Shown here piece by piece: positions 1-10,237 of a DNA stretch of 27,172 bases. Under the pieces are notes generated by a model. The model ran no database searches. It saw nothing but the letters and a program-made list of their open reading frames with translations, and had not been told where the DNA came from. The number at the start of each line of letters is the position of its first letter. Position 1 is the first letter of the stretch. Source of the stretch: a virus (Duplodnaviria > Heunggongvirae > Uroviricota > Caudoviricetes); IMG/VR virus record IMGVR_UViG_2844443253_000009; one strand, written 5' to 3'. Position numbers and translations under genes: made by a program.

Positions 1-249
1 ATGCGTTTTGAAATCTGCATAGCCAAAGAGAAAATGACTAAAATGCCAACCGGTGCTGTGGATGCGTTAAAGGAAGAATTAACCCGACGCATCAGTAAAC
101 GTTATGACGATGTAGAGGTGATCGTAAAAGCCACCAGCAACGATGGCCTTTCTGTTACGCGCACCGCCGATAAAGATTCAGCTAAAACTTTTGTTCAGGA
201 AACTCTGAAAGATACCTGGGAGTCTGCTGACGAGTGGTTTGTTCACTAA
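1..249 (+). CDS. DinI-family protein (DNA damage-inducible protein I-like)
   Basis: 82-aa ORF beginning at base 1. Shares the DinI pattern MR.E..IAK...GA.DAL..EL.RRI...LSV...KD...QET..WESAD.WFV. A dinI-like gene next to the tail-fibre/effector locus is typical of lambdoid prophages. Confidence 0.8.
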   Translation: MRFEICIAKEKMTKMPTGAVDALKEELTRRISKRYDDVEVIVKATSNDGLSVTRTADKDSAKTFVQETLKDTWESADEWFVH

Positions 250-639
250 TTAGCACGTAAAATCAGTAACGGCTGGAAATCATTCAATACTCGCACTATC
301 GGAAGTTCACCAGCCAGCCGCAGCACGTTCTTGCATACGACGTGTCTGCGGTCTCAACTCCGCCCGCCCCCGCCAATCATGATTGGGCAGTACCAGTACA
401 GCACTAGCAAAGACAGGAAATTAGCAGTCTCAGCAAAACACCGACCAGACGGTGAGAAGACAAAAAGATACGCAAAGATGCCGCGGTTCCAGAAGAATAA
501 AAAACCGCTAATGGACAGCCTCCTTAACACAGTTTTTTATATACATGATTCACTGATACCAGTGGCATTAATAGCTATTATATAGCTTCAGCTCCTTTTT
601 TCATACCTTAAGGAAAAATTGCCCCCCCCCCCCCAAAAA

Positions 640-656
640 GTATCGTTTTTTTACAT
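640..656 (+). promoter_or_regulatory. MxiE box upstream of ipaH (MxiE/IpgC-dependent promoter element)
   Basis: GTATCGTTTTTTTACAT matches the 17-nt MxiE box consensus GTATCGTTTTTTTANAG at 16 of 17 positions. It lies about 195 nt upstream of the ipaH start in an AT-rich region, with a TAGGAT -10-like hexamer roughly 20 nt downstream. Confidence 0.6.
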
Positions 657-851
657 TAAACCGATCCAGTTTAGGATAGTGTAAAGCAGAAGTTCTTCAA
701 TATATAACATATGGAGTTAATATGCTTACACAAACTATATATCCGCCTCCTCCAGAAGTTCCTGTCTACTGCTGAAGGGAACCAATAACATTGCAAAGCA
801 GATAAAAAAGAATCCAACACCTCTCAACATAAAGAATACGCCCTGATATTT

Positions 852-2603
852 ATGCTCCCGACAAATAACAATCACAGATTAATTTCAAATTCGTTCTCCA
901 CTTATTCAATCGACACTAGCCGCGCATATGAAAATTATCTAACCCATTGGACTGAATGGAAAAATAACCGCATACAAGAAGAACAACGAGACATCGCTTT
1001 TCAGCGACTAGTATCATGTCTACAAAACCAAGAGACGAACCTGGACTTGTCTGAATTAGGCCTGACAACATTACCTGAAATCCCCCCGGGAATTAAATCA
1101 ATTAATATAAGTAAAAATAATTTAAGCTTAATCTCCCCATTGCCTGCGTCCCTTACACAACTTAATGTCAGCTATAACAGACTTATTGAACTGCCTGCTT
1201 TGCCTCAAGGACTTAAATTATTGAATGCGTCCCACAATCAACTAATCACACTACCCACACTCCCCATATCTTTGAAGGAGCTTCATGTCTCAAATAATCA
1301 ATTATGTTCTCTTCCTGTTTTACCAGAACTACTGGAAACATTAGATGTATCATGTAATGGGCTGGCAGTTTTACCACCTTTACCATTTTCTTTACAAGAG
1401 ATTAGCGCAATAGGGAATCTTCTTAGTGAACTCCCCCCTCTACCTCACAACATTCACTCCATATGGGCAATCGACAATATGTTAACCGATATTCCATACC
1501 TGCCGGAAAATTTAAGGAACGGTTATTTTGACATAAATCAGATAAGTCATATCCCGGAAAGCATTCTTAATCTGAGGAATGAATGTTCAATAGATATTAG
1601 TGATAACCCATTGTCATCCCATGCTCTGCAATCCCTGCAAAGATTAACATCTTCGCCGGACTACCACGGCCCGCAGATTTACTTCTCCATGAGTGACGGA
1701 CAACAGAATACACTCCATCGCCCCCTGGCTGATGCCGTGACAGCATGGTTCCCGGAAAACAAACAATCTGATGTATCACAGATATGGCATGCTTTTGAAC
1801 ATGAAGAGCACGCCAACACCTTTTCCGCGTTCCTTGACCGCCTTTCCGATACCGTCTCTGCACGCAATACCTCCGGATTCCGTGAACAGGTCGCTGCATG
1901 GCTGGAAAAACTCAGTGCCTCTGCGGAGCTTCGACAGCAGTCTTTCGCTGTTGCTGCTGATGCCACTGAAAGCTGTGAGGACCGTGTCGCGCTCACATGG
2001 AACAATCTCCGGAAAACCCTCCTGGTCCATCAGGCATCTGAAGGCCTTTTCGATAATGATACCGGCGCTCTGCTCTCCCTGGGCAGGGAAATGTTCCGCC
2101 TCGAAATTCTGGAGGACATTGCCCGGGATAAAGTCAGAACTCTCCATTTTGTGGATGAGATAGAAGTCTACCTGGCCTTCCAGACCATGCTCGCAGAGAA
2201 ACTTCAGCTCTCCACTGCCGTGAAGGAAATGCGTTTCTATGGCGTGTCGGGAGTGACAGCAAATGACCTCCGCACTGCCGAAGCCATGGTCAGAAGCCGT
2301 GAAGAGAATGAATTTACGGACTGGTTCTCCCTCTGGGGACCATGGCATGCTGTACTGAAGCGTACGGAAGCTGACCGCTGGGCGCTGGCAGAAGAGCAGA
2401 AATATGAGATGCTGGAGAATGAGTACCCTCAGAGGGTGGCTGACCGGCTGAAAGCATCAGGTCTGAGCGGTGATGCGGATGCGGAGAGGGAAGCCGGTGC
2501 ACAGGTGATGCGTGAGACTGAACAGCAGATTTACCGTCAGCTGACTGACGAGGTACTGGCCCTGCGATTGCCTGAAAACGGCTCACAACTGCACCATTCA
2601 TAA
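852..2603 (+). CDS. ipaH: IpaH-family type III secreted effector, LRR domain plus C-terminal NEL E3 ubiquitin ligase domain
   Basis: 583 aa. N-terminal leucine-rich repeats (LxxLPxLPxxLxxLxxSxNxL). The C-terminal ~300 aa are near-identical to the conserved IpaH C-terminus as remembered (RNECSIDISDNPLSSHALQSLQRLTSSPDYHGPQIYFSM ... LHHS), including the catalytic-Cys region ESCEDRVALTWNNLRKT. Confidence 0.95.
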   Translation: MLPTNNNHRLISNSFSTYSIDTSRAYENYLTHWTEWKNNRIQEEQRDIAFQRLVSCLQNQETNLDLSELGLTTLPEIPPGIKSINISKNNLSLISPLPASLTQLNVSYNRLIELPALPQGLKLLNASHNQLITLPTLPISLKELHVSNNQLCSLPVLPELLETLDVSCNGLAVLPPLPFSLQEISAIGNLLSELPPLPHNIHSIWAIDNMLTDIPYLPENLRNGYFDINQISHIPESILNLRNECSIDISDNPLSSHALQSLQRLTSSPDYHGPQIYFSMSDGQQNTLHRPLADAVTAWFPENKQSDVSQIWHAFEHEEHANTFSAFLDRLSDTVSARNTSGFREQVAAWLEKLSASAELRQQSFAVAADATESCEDRVALTWNNLRKTLLVHQASEGLFDNDTGALLSLGREMFRLEILEDIARDKVRTLHFVDEIEVYLAFQTMLAEKLQLSTAVKEMRFYGVSGVTANDLRTAEAMVRSREENEFTDWFSLWGPWHAVLKRTEADRWALAEEQKYEMLENEYPQRVADRLKASGLSGDADAEREAGAQVMRETEQQIYRQLTDEVLALRLPENGSQLHHS

Positions 2604-2638
2604 TCACATCGCATAAACCACAGACCGGACTGACTCCG

Positions 2639-2666
2639 GAAAAACAGAGGCCCGCCCCCGGGCCTC
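2639..2666 (-). terminator. Rho-independent terminator downstream of the tfa-like gene (shared 3' region with convergent ipaH)
   Basis: Minus strand reads GAGGCCCG-GGGG-CGGGCCTC (8-bp GC-rich stem) followed by TGTTTTTCC. It sits between the convergent ipaH and tfa-like 3' ends. Confidence 0.5.
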
Positions 2667-2782
2667 CCCGGATTCATCCGTTTCTCTGTTCAGCCTGACC
2701 GCACACCCCGGCGGCCGGATGACAGACTCCGCCTCGGTAAGCAAAGCGGTCTTCTGTGATTCCGCCAGTTGCGGCTTATTCA

Positions 2783-3348
2783 TTACTTAACGTCAAACGC
2801 CCGAATTGAAGCCAAATCATCCAGACTGCTCAGCTCCTCTTTCATCTCCCGCTGACGGCGATAAATCTCATCGTTGCGATCGACCTGCGCCTGCACCATT
2901 GCTGCCGCCAGTTCTTCCAGTTCCGGCATCGACAGTTTCACCTGCTGATTATCCGCATCACTCCACACCATATGTGTTTGTGCCGCGACAGATTTTGCCA
3001 GCATGACCACCGGGGACAGGCGGGCCACTGACGAGGCGTCAGCGTTCCACGTGCGGCCGTTCCATTCAAACGTGAACGGCTTCGCCTCCTGTTCTGTGCG
3101 CCATGCTTCAATTTCCTGACGTCTGGCCTCTCTGGCCGCTTCCAGCATTTCTGGTGTCACAGTGAATGGGGCTATCTCACCCCATTTGCCACTTTGCAGT
3201 TCCTGCCAGATTTGCTGACCCGTCGGTGCAACATCATCAGCGGTGGCTGTGTAGGGAACTGCCTGGTCCCTGTCGTCAAAAAAAAAACGTCACAGTCTAC
3301 TGCGCCACTTTCGGTATAACGGGGATTAATGATTTTTTTAATTTCCAC
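2783..3348 (-). pseudogene. Tail fibre assembly-like protein downstream of stf, frame broken in a T10 homopolymer
   Basis: Two ORF pieces (3172..3408 and 2783..3160) fuse into one ~188-aa protein (MEIKKIINPRYTESGAVDCDVFF / DDRDQAVPYTATADDVAPTGQQIWQ...IRAFDVK) if the minus-strand T10 run at 3278-3287 were T11 or T8. Probable GTG start at 3348 with a GAGGAA RBS. Position immediately after stf supports a tfa-like role; the family assignment itself is tentative. Confidence 0.55.
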
Positions 3349-3358
3349 GGTGCATTCC

Positions 3359-3712
3359 TCACGATGTGCGAATAAAAAGCCCGGGCATTGCGCCAGAGAC
3401 ATGAGCATCCGGCACCCCGGACAGGGCGCAATATGACCCTGGTAATGAATGCTCTGAACATCCCGTAATGAAAAATTGTGGGGATGCTATATACGTTCCG
3501 GTGGGAGTACCGGGCACTGAAATCCCCACCGGTCCCAGTCGTGAGCCTCTGTATGACTGCCCCCTGACAAGTCTGATGACTTTATCACCGTCAGCTTCTC
3601 CCTGGTACGCAGCAATAATCAGCCCGCCAATGTCAGGGTCTCCCCATCTGTTGCGGACAGAGCTCGCCACGATTCTGTAAATAATATCTTCTGTGGTTAT
3701 ATTTATTTTCAC
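3359..3712 (-). CDS. Hypothetical protein between stf and the tfa-like gene
   Basis: 117-aa ORF whose ATG overlaps the stf stop (ATGA). The first ~50 aa look protein-like; the C-terminal half is Gly/Pro/Ser-rich and may be an out-of-frame read. No family recognised. Confidence 0.3.
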   Translation of the reverse strand: MKINITTEDIIYRIVASSVRNRWGDPDIGGLIIAAYQGEADGDKVIRLVRGQSYRGSRLGPVGISVPGTPTGTYIASPQFFITGCSEHSLPGSYCALSGVPDAHVSGAMPGLFIRTS

Positions 3713-4770
3713 CCAGTCAGTCTGGATATGGGCCAGTAGCGGTAGCGGGTGTGATAAATGGGGCCGTTAATGCCGTAAAAAGTAAGGGATTTGGCTCTGT
3801 ACCGCGGTTCTGTTGTCTCAGGGCGTGCATCAGTCCACCGGATGCTGAGCACCCCTTCAAACCGTGTGTCGGGTATGATGATGCCGTAGGGGCCAGCAAC
3901 GGAATATTCACCTGGCAGCGCATTCCTTACCCAGGCCAGGAAATCACTCTTAGTGTCAAAACGGATAACATCTTCAGGCAGAAAAGCACACCCAAAGCCG
4001 AATGCGCCGGGTATCGCCAGACGGCCTTTTGTCCGGTCGTAAATGTCGCTCTGTGCTTCCATCGTGGCCGCACTTTTCAGCCCCAGATTATCCCGGGACT
4101 TCTGTTGTGCCTTTTCGCCTGCTGCTGCGATTTCTGACAGATGGTTAGCCATTTTCAGAGTGCCGGTCAGCGCAGCATCAATGTCATTTTTGGCCTGTTC
4201 TGCTGCGCGGGCATAACCTGCGGCATCCTGTGCGCTCTGTCCGGCTGCGGCTGCATTTGCTCCTGTGCTTGTCACATCTTCCGCAGTGGCCTTTCTGTCC
4301 TCAGCTGTGACGGTTGCATCCTGTCGGGCTTTCTCCGCAAAACGTTGTGCATCATCACGGGCCGTTGCGGCTGCCGCCACATCCTGCGCCGTCTGCTGTG
4401 CGTTTCCGGCTGCAGCCCCGGCACTCTGCTGCGCCTGCGCCACCATTTCCTCAAAGCGCTTCATCACCTCCGGACGTAAATCACCATCCTTTGGTGCATT
4501 CAGAAACGCGTTCAGTGTCCCCGGTGCATCAGTCGGTGCCACATCAATATCCCCGACACGGGTTGGCTGCCAGCCGTTACAGTGAAGCGCAACCTCGTAA
4601 TACCCCGGCTCAGCCTCAATCACATAAGCACCGTTATTGTCCGTCACGCAAGTGGCAACAACGTGTGCCACAACGGTCGGACTGGTTCTTCTGGCCCGCA
4701 GTTCAATCGCACAATTTACGACAGGTTTACCCGCCCCATCTTTCAGTACACCTGAAATCTTTACTGCCAT
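3709..4770 (-). CDS. stf: Side tail fibre protein (lambda Stf-like N-terminus, Ala-rich shaft, distinct C-terminal domain)
   Basis: N-terminus MAVKISGVLKDGAGKPV matches lambda Stf (MAVKISGVLKDGTGKPV). Start taken at ATG 4770, preceded by a GGGGTG RBS; the ORF track extends 14 codons further upstream. Lies after lom as in lambda. At 353 aa it is much shorter than lambda Stf. Confidence 0.85.
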   Translation of the reverse strand: MAVKISGVLKDGAGKPVVNCAIELRARRTSPTVVAHVVATCVTDNNGAYVIEAEPGYYEVALHCNGWQPTRVGDIDVAPTDAPGTLNAFLNAPKDGDLRPEVMKRFEEMVAQAQQSAGAAAGNAQQTAQDVAAAATARDDAQRFAEKARQDATVTAEDRKATAEDVTSTGANAAAAGQSAQDAAGYARAAEQAKNDIDAALTGTLKMANHLSEIAAAGEKAQQKSRDNLGLKSAATMEAQSDIYDRTKGRLAIPGAFGFGCAFLPEDVIRFDTKSDFLAWVRNALPGEYSVAGPYGIIIPDTRFEGVLSIRWTDARPETTEPRYRAKSLTFYGINGPIYHTRYRYWPISRLTG

Positions 4771-4833
4771 ATTCACCCCACAAAAAGCCCGCCTGAACCA
4801 GCGGGCTGTCATAACACTGTGTTACCTGGCTAA

Positions 4834-5433
4834 TCAGAACTTATAACCGACACCCACGATGAAACCGTCAGTGCGCCAGTCGCCACTGCCGGAACCTTCA
4901 TAAGCAAGGTCAATGGCCACGGATTCGGTCGGGTTAAACTGCACGCCAGCCCCCCACGCCAGAGACGTGTTGCTGTGGCGGTTGTCATCACTCCCGGTCA
5001 GCACATCGTGCGTTTTCCCCTTGTTGTCAGTTACGCGGAGATAATCCCCGGAGAAGGTCGACACACGGCTGTAAGCCACGCCCGCCATCGCATACGCGCT
5101 GAACCATTCATTCACGCGCACAGACAGCCCCGCCATCACGCTGAACCAGCGGTTACGCACGGAATCCTCATGCCAGCGGGTATCACTGTAATGCGTTTTT
5201 TGCTCATCTTCAGCGTTGGCATAGCTGAATGACGTCACCAGCCCCAGCGTGTCCGTAAACTCATAACGGTATTTCACGTTAATCCCGTTCAGATCATCAC
5301 TGCCGGGAGCGTTCGTCGAGGCATGAAGATACCCCGCGCTCAGCGTGGACTGATGTTCAGACGCCCATGCAGGCGCACCGGATACAGCCAGACAGATGGC
5401 TGCGGACAAAATGGCAGCATAAAGTTTACGCAT
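4834..5433 (-). CDS. lom: Lom/Ail-family outer membrane beta-barrel protein
   Basis: 199 aa with a signal peptide ([24 protein letters not shown]) and the C-terminus [23 protein letters not shown], identical to the lambda Lom C-terminus as remembered. Located between J and stf as in lambda. Confidence 0.9.
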   Translation of the reverse strand: MRKLYAAILSAAICLAVSGAPAWASEHQSTLSAGYLHASTNAPGSDDLNGINVKYRYEFTDTLGLVTSFSYANAEDEQKTHYSDTRWHEDSVRNRWFSVMAGLSVRVNEWFSAYAMAGVAYSRVSTFSGDYLRVTDNKGKTHDVLTGSDDNRHSNTSLAWGAGVQFNPTESVAIDLAYEGSGSGDWRTDGFIVGVGYKF

Positions 5434-5457
5434 AATTACCTCTCGCTTTTCTGCAAT

Positions 5458-5481
5458 AAAAAAGGCACCATTTCTGGTGCC
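5458..5481 (-). terminator. Rho-independent terminator between J and lom
   Basis: Minus strand reads GGCACC-AGAAAT-GGTGCC followed by TTTTTT, in the 67-bp gap after the J stop. Confidence 0.6.
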
Positions 5482-5500
5482 CGTATCTGGGTTATAAAAT

Positions 5501-8500
5501 TCAGCTGATACTGATACCTGCTGTGGATTTCTTCATCACAACAACCAGCAAATCGCTGATACTTGCTGTGGGATACCAGCCATTTACCAGCCATGCCGAT
5601 ACAGAAAACTCCAGCGTCATGTGACCGTGACCGGCAGGCATATCAATAACACCCGTATATATCAGCGTATTATCCAGGGTCGTTCGGTTATAAATTTCAG
5701 CACCGTTTTTCTTCACTATCAGGCGGCATGACGAATAAATATTGTTATTCTTCCGCTCATGTTTAGCACCGCGAAACGCCACCGCGGGAATAACAAGTTT
5801 GCCCACTGTTTTAACGAGATCGCCTTCAATCTGGTTCGCGGACAATTTTCCCAGAACCCGACAGTTCTTATTAATCGTGACGTTGTTGAGCGTCCCGGAG
5901 TTCGCGTTCACGTTACCGCTGATATCGGCATTTTTCGCCGTCAGCCGTCCGCCAGGTGTCAGGGAAAATGCCGGAGGATTACCGCCGCTGGTAATGGTCG
6001 GAGCCGTCAGGCGTTTCAGGAACACGTCGTTCATGAATATCTGATCGCCCTGACCAACAAACATCGGCTTTGTGTTGCCATTCGCAGGATTAACCATCGC
6101 AATCCTGTCTGCCGCCAGCAGCACCTGACTCTGCATTCCTGCTGGCGTATTCTCAATACCGGCACCGATACCCGCAATATAAAGGCGTCCGTCCTTCATC
6201 TGTTGCAGCTTCACAGCCCACATGCTGTTCAGGTTATTATTTGTATCAACCTGAACTTTCTGTATCTGCTGGATTGCAGCACTCTGATTTTCCAGTTTTT
6301 TATTGACGGTTTGCGTGATTTCATTGCTGACATTCGTAATGGACGTCCTGATTTCAGTCAGGTCCGGCGCAAGCTGACCGTTATCAATCTGCGTCCACAA
6401 CTCCTTGCCGAGATGCGTTTTATTGATCAACCCTTTATAAAAACTCAGATAACCTTCCGCATCATCGCTCGCCCGACCGACGGCCTCCACAAATGCCGAT
6501 TTGCCAACGGTGTTCACACTGCGAACGTAAAAATAATAATCATGGCCCGGCCTGATATTGATACTGGCGGCTATCCAGTACAGCGCCGTGCCAAGATAGC
6601 GGGCGCTGGTTTCAACCTGCCTGATATCCGCAATCCGCTTTTCCGAAAACCAGAACTCAAACTGCACCGTCGGGTCATATACAGCCAGTTTCGGGACCAC
6701 CGTTATCTGAAAATACCCCGGTATCAGTTCAATAGTGACAGGCGCTGCCGGTGCCGCAATCCGGAACGATACCGACGCCGGATCGCCCTGCTGCCCCCGG
6801 GCATTTACCGCCCGGACTGTCAGACTGTAATTCCCCAGCGCCAGCTGCCTGAAGCGGTATGTGGTTTCCGTCGTCCTGGCTGTGCTGACCAGCCGCTCAC
6901 TGCCGTCGTCCGCTGCCACGGTCAGGCGAAGCAGGAAGCTCACACCCTTCACCACCTTCGGCGTGTCCCATCGCGCCAGCACCTGATATTCCCCGCTGTC
7001 TGCGGTGACTTCGGCGGTCAGATGCTGCACCGCTGGCGGCGTGACACCATTCACCGTGCCGCGCCGGTCACCGTCAAAGTGTGCCCCGTTATCCACGATG
7101 GCCTCTTTTTCCGGCACATGCTGCACGGCGGTGATGGCATACGTGCCGTCGTCGTTCTCACGGATACTCACGCAGCGGAACAGGCGCTGGCGCAGCGTCG
7201 GCAGCTTCAGCCCCCACACGCTGTATTCTGCAACGCCGTCAGGAACCCGGCTCACTTTCACCTTCACGCCGTCGGTGACGGACTGAACCTCCACGCTGAC
7301 CGGATTGCCATTTCCGTCAACCAGGCTTATCAGCGTGGTACCGGAGGACGGCAGCGTGATTTCACGGTCGAGCGTCAGCGTCCGGGTCTGGCTGTTCACC
7401 GCCAGTACGCGACCACCGGTGCTGATACCGGCATAATCATCATCGCAGATTTCAATGACATCACCCGGTACATGGCGAAGCCCTTCTGCGCCGACGCTGA
7501 AGTCCACGGTCTGCGTTTCCAGCAGTTCCGTTTTAATCAGCCACAGCCCGGCGCGGTGCGCCTGTCCCCGGCTGGTACAGCCAAAGGCATCCATCTTCGT
7601 GACGTTACGACCGTAACGGACAATGGCCTGCGTGTCCTCCACAAGCTCTGTCGCCGTCTCATGACCGTTGTCCGGATCAATCCAGTTCACCTCAACGACA
7701 TTATGGCGGTCCTTCAGGGCGCTGAAGCTGTAGCGGAACGGCGCGCCATCATCCGGCATCACCACATTACTGCGGTTATAGGTCCACACTTTATCCGACG
7801 GTCGGTCCTGCACGAACGTCAGCGTCTGCCCGTTCCATACCGGCATACAGCGCATCGCCGAGCAGAAATCACTGAGAACATCCCACGCCTTACGCTGTGT
7901 GGTCAGGTAAGCGTTACAGGTGATGCGCGGCTCCGTGCCGCCAAATCCGTCCGGCACTGACTGGTCGCAGTACTGGCCGATGACATACAGCGCCCATTTG
8001 TCCACATCTGCCGCACCAAGACGTTTCCCCATGCCGTAGCGCGGATGAGTGAGCATGTCCCACAGACACCAGGCCATGTTGTTGCTGTATGCTGGCTTAA
8101 GCGTTCCGTCCCAGATACCGCTGTATTGCCGCGTCTGCGGGTTATAGTTCGACGGCACCTGCAGAATGCGCCCGCGAAGATGATAATTGCGACTCACCTG
8201 CTGGTTACCGAACTGCTCTGAATCCACCTGCACGCCGACCAGCGCCGTGTTCGGGTAGCACTGTTTCACATCGATGATTTCGGTGTACGACGACCAGAGC
8301 GTTTTGTTCTGCAGCTGGTCTGTGGTGCTGTCCGGTGTCATCCTGCGCATCCGGATATTAAACGGGCGCGGCGGCAGGTTACCCACCACCACCGAGGCCA
8401 GATACTGCGAAGTGGTTTTGCCCTTAATGGTGATGTCTTTTTCCGTCACCCAGCCACCGTTACGCTGTATCTGAACCAGCAGGCGGACTTCCGACGGATT

Positions 8501-8890
8501 CCGGTCCCCCTTTGAGGTGGTTTCCACCAGTGCCTGCACACCGAAGGTCAGGCGCAGACGATCAATGTTTGCCGACGTGATGGTCCGGGTGATCGGCGTG
8601 TCGTATTTCACTTCCGTACCCAGCACAGTCTCTGAGCCGGAAGATTCAAACCCCTCCGGCGGTGTCTGCTCCTGCTCGCCGGCGCGGAACACCACCGTAA
8701 CACCGGAAAAGTTTGTCTTCCCCTCGCTATCCAGGACCGGCGTACCGTTCAGCAGCACGCTTTTTAATCCATCCACCGGACCGTCAACCGGCCCTTCGCT
8801 GATGGCATCAATCACACTCAGCAACTGCGTGGATTTCAGGTTGTCCTTCGCTTCGCGCGGGGTATGCCCCTTACTGCTGCCTTTACCCAT
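5501..8890 (-). CDS. J: Tail tip / host specificity protein J
   Basis: 1129 aa. N-terminus [34 protein letters not shown] and most of the length are near-identical to lambda J as remembered; the C-terminal ~250 aa diverge from lambda. Confidence 0.97.
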   Translation of the reverse strand: MGKGSSKGHTPREAKDNLKSTQLLSVIDAISEGPVDGPVDGLKSVLLNGTPVLDSEGKTNFSGVTVVFRAGEQEQTPPEGFESSGSETVLGTEVKYDTPITRTITSANIDRLRLTFGVQALVETTSKGDRNPSEVRLLVQIQRNGGWVTEKDITIKGKTTSQYLASVVVGNLPPRPFNIRMRRMTPDSTTDQLQNKTLWSSYTEIIDVKQCYPNTALVGVQVDSEQFGNQQVSRNYHLRGRILQVPSNYNPQTRQYSGIWDGTLKPAYSNNMAWCLWDMLTHPRYGMGKRLGAADVDKWALYVIGQYCDQSVPDGFGGTEPRITCNAYLTTQRKAWDVLSDFCSAMRCMPVWNGQTLTFVQDRPSDKVWTYNRSNVVMPDDGAPFRYSFSALKDRHNVVEVNWIDPDNGHETATELVEDTQAIVRYGRNVTKMDAFGCTSRGQAHRAGLWLIKTELLETQTVDFSVGAEGLRHVPGDVIEICDDDYAGISTGGRVLAVNSQTRTLTLDREITLPSSGTTLISLVDGNGNPVSVEVQSVTDGVKVKVSRVPDGVAEYSVWGLKLPTLRQRLFRCVSIRENDDGTYAITAVQHVPEKEAIVDNGAHFDGDRRGTVNGVTPPAVQHLTAEVTADSGEYQVLARWDTPKVVKGVSFLLRLTVAADDGSERLVSTARTTETTYRFRQLALGNYSLTVRAVNARGQQGDPASVSFRIAAPAAPVTIELIPGYFQITVVPKLAVYDPTVQFEFWFSEKRIADIRQVETSARYLGTALYWIAASINIRPGHDYYFYVRSVNTVGKSAFVEAVGRASDDAEGYLSFYKGLINKTHLGKELWTQIDNGQLAPDLTEIRTSITNVSNEITQTVNKKLENQSAAIQQIQKVQVDTNNNLNSMWAVKLQQMKDGRLYIAGIGAGIENTPAGMQSQVLLAADRIAMVNPANGNTKPMFVGQGDQIFMNDVFLKRLTAPTITSGGNPPAFSLTPGGRLTAKNADISGNVNANSGTLNNVTINKNCRVLGKLSANQIEGDLVKTVGKLVIPAVAFRGAKHERKNNNIYSSCRLIVKKNGAEIYNRTTLDNTLIYTGVIDMPAGHGHMTLEFSVSAWLVNGWYPTASISDLLVVVMKKSTAGISIS

Positions 8891-8950
8891 TCCTCACGCT
8901 CCATAAACGACAAAACCGCCCGCAGGCGGTTTCACATGAAACATTTTGCA

Positions 8951-9592
8951 TCAGCGACCAATCACCACAACCTGACCACCATCCCCTTCGTCTGCCGTGC
9001 TGATCTCCTGAGATACCACCCGCGACCCCACGCGCATTTCACCGTACAGAACAGGCAGAACATTGCCCTGGGCAACCATGTTATCCAGTGAGGAGAAACA
9101 GGTGTTCTGTTTGCCGTTATCCGTTGTCTGTGTACGGGGAGTTCTGGCTTTCGGTGCCAGCATCTGTGCAACACCGCCAAGCGTCATACTGGCACCGAGA
9201 GAAAACAGCAGATTACTCGCCATAATTCCTACCCCCGGCATCCATATAGCAACCGCCATAACAGCTGCCCCCAGCACCGCCTGAAACACACCGCCACTTT
9301 TAGCTCCCACCAGACGCGGTACTATGTGGATCACTGCACCATTTGCCAGCGGCTCATTAAGACGGGCAGACAATTCGGTTTCACCTGCATCACGCCCGGC
9401 AATGCGCACCTGATACCAGCCGTCACTCAGTTTCTGACGAAACGCCGGGAGCTGTGTGGCCAGTGCGCGGATGGCTTCAGCCCCCGTTTTCACACGAAGG
9501 TCGATGCGGCGGCCAAATCGTTGCAAATCCCCGTAAAGGCAGATGCGTGCCATTCCCGGTGACGCCAGAGGGAGTGTGTGCGTCGCTGCCAT
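8951..9592 (-). CDS. I: Tail assembly protein I
   Basis: 213 aa. N-terminus (MAATHTLPLASPGMARICLYGDLQRFGRRIDLRVKTGAEAIRALATQLPAF) and C-terminus (DNGKQNTCFSSLDNMVAQGNVLPVLYGEMRVGSRVVSQEISTADEGDGGQVVVIGR) match lambda I. Confidence 0.95.
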   Translation of the reverse strand: MAATHTLPLASPGMARICLYGDLQRFGRRIDLRVKTGAEAIRALATQLPAFRQKLSDGWYQVRIAGRDAGETELSARLNEPLANGAVIHIVPRLVGAKSGGVFQAVLGAAVMAVAIWMPGVGIMASNLLFSLGASMTLGGVAQMLAPKARTPRTQTTDNGKQNTCFSSLDNMVAQGNVLPVLYGEMRVGSRVVSQEISTADEGDGGQVVVIGR

Positions 9593-10233
9593 TTGTCGGT
9601 ATACCTCTCTCGTTTACTCAGTTGTTCAGGAATATGGTGCAGCAGCTCACCATCGCCGCAGTAAATGGCGGCATGATTCGGCACCGATGAACCAAAACAG
9701 CACAGCAGCACATCGCCCGGTTGTGCTGATGACAACGGCACCTGATACAGCCCTGTGGCCTCCAGATTATCCAGATAGAGATTCTGACCGTGACGCCACC
9801 AGTCATCCCCGCGATGAAAATCCGGCATCTCAATCCCCGCCAGATGATAAGCATCCCGGAACAGCGTGTAACAGTCCGTCACCCCGTGCTCAAAGCGCCG
9901 CCCGGTGAGATGCGGCACACAGCGGAACTTGTGAATCGTCCCCCGGCAGACCAGCCACCACGGCAAATCACTCTGCACCTGCAGCCGCCGGTCAGCCTCA
10001 CTCAGCCAGGGCAGACCACCGGGATGACTGTGGACCAGTGCCACAATCTCACCCTGCATTTGTGCCCGCAGCCAGTCCTCCGGAGCCATCCGGAACCGTT
10101 CCTCCGGCTCACCGGAGATATTCTCGCTGGGAAGATACCTGTCTCCCTCCGGCGTTCTCACCACGAAGCCACACGACTCCGCTGGCGCACATCGCCGGGC
10201 GTGCGCCAGAATCGCTGATTCTGTCTGTGTCAT
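9490..10233 (-). CDS. K: Tail assembly protein K (MPN/JAB plus NlpC/P60-like)
   Basis: Start taken at MTQTESAILAHARRCAPAESCGFVV (ATG 10233), matching lambda K; the ORF track starts 88 codons upstream. 247 aa; the 3' end overlaps I. Confidence 0.95.
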   Translation of the reverse strand: MTQTESAILAHARRCAPAESCGFVVRTPEGDRYLPSENISGEPEERFRMAPEDWLRAQMQGEIVALVHSHPGGLPWLSEADRRLQVQSDLPWWLVCRGTIHKFRCVPHLTGRRFEHGVTDCYTLFRDAYHLAGIEMPDFHRGDDWWRHGQNLYLDNLEATGLYQVPLSSAQPGDVLLCCFGSSVPNHAAIYCGDGELLHHIPEQLSKRERYTDKWQRRTHSLWRHREWHASAFTGICNDLAAASTFV

Positions 10234-10237
10234 GGAT

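Noticed and set aside
331-585. 84-aa ORF between dinI and ipaH
   Set aside because: No RBS, and the product is proline- and lysine-rich without recognisable features. The region is more likely an ipaH promoter or moron-junction sequence.
1597-2607. Minus-strand ORFs of 97-190 aa and one 130-aa plus-strand ORF overlapping ipaH
   Set aside because: They lie inside the well-supported ipaH CDS, either on the opposite strand or in an alternative frame.
4141-4846. Several 69-160-aa plus-strand ORFs (4141..4479, 4265..4585, 4314..4796, 4637..4846)
   Set aside because: They are antisense to the Ala-rich shaft of stf. The products are Cys/Ala/Pro-rich with no RBS.
5759-7960. 733-aa plus-strand ORF
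   Set aside because: It is antisense to J, whose minus-strand translation is near-identical to lambda J. The plus-frame product is Arg/His/Cys-rich and low-complexity, typical of a chance open frame opposite a GC-rich gene.
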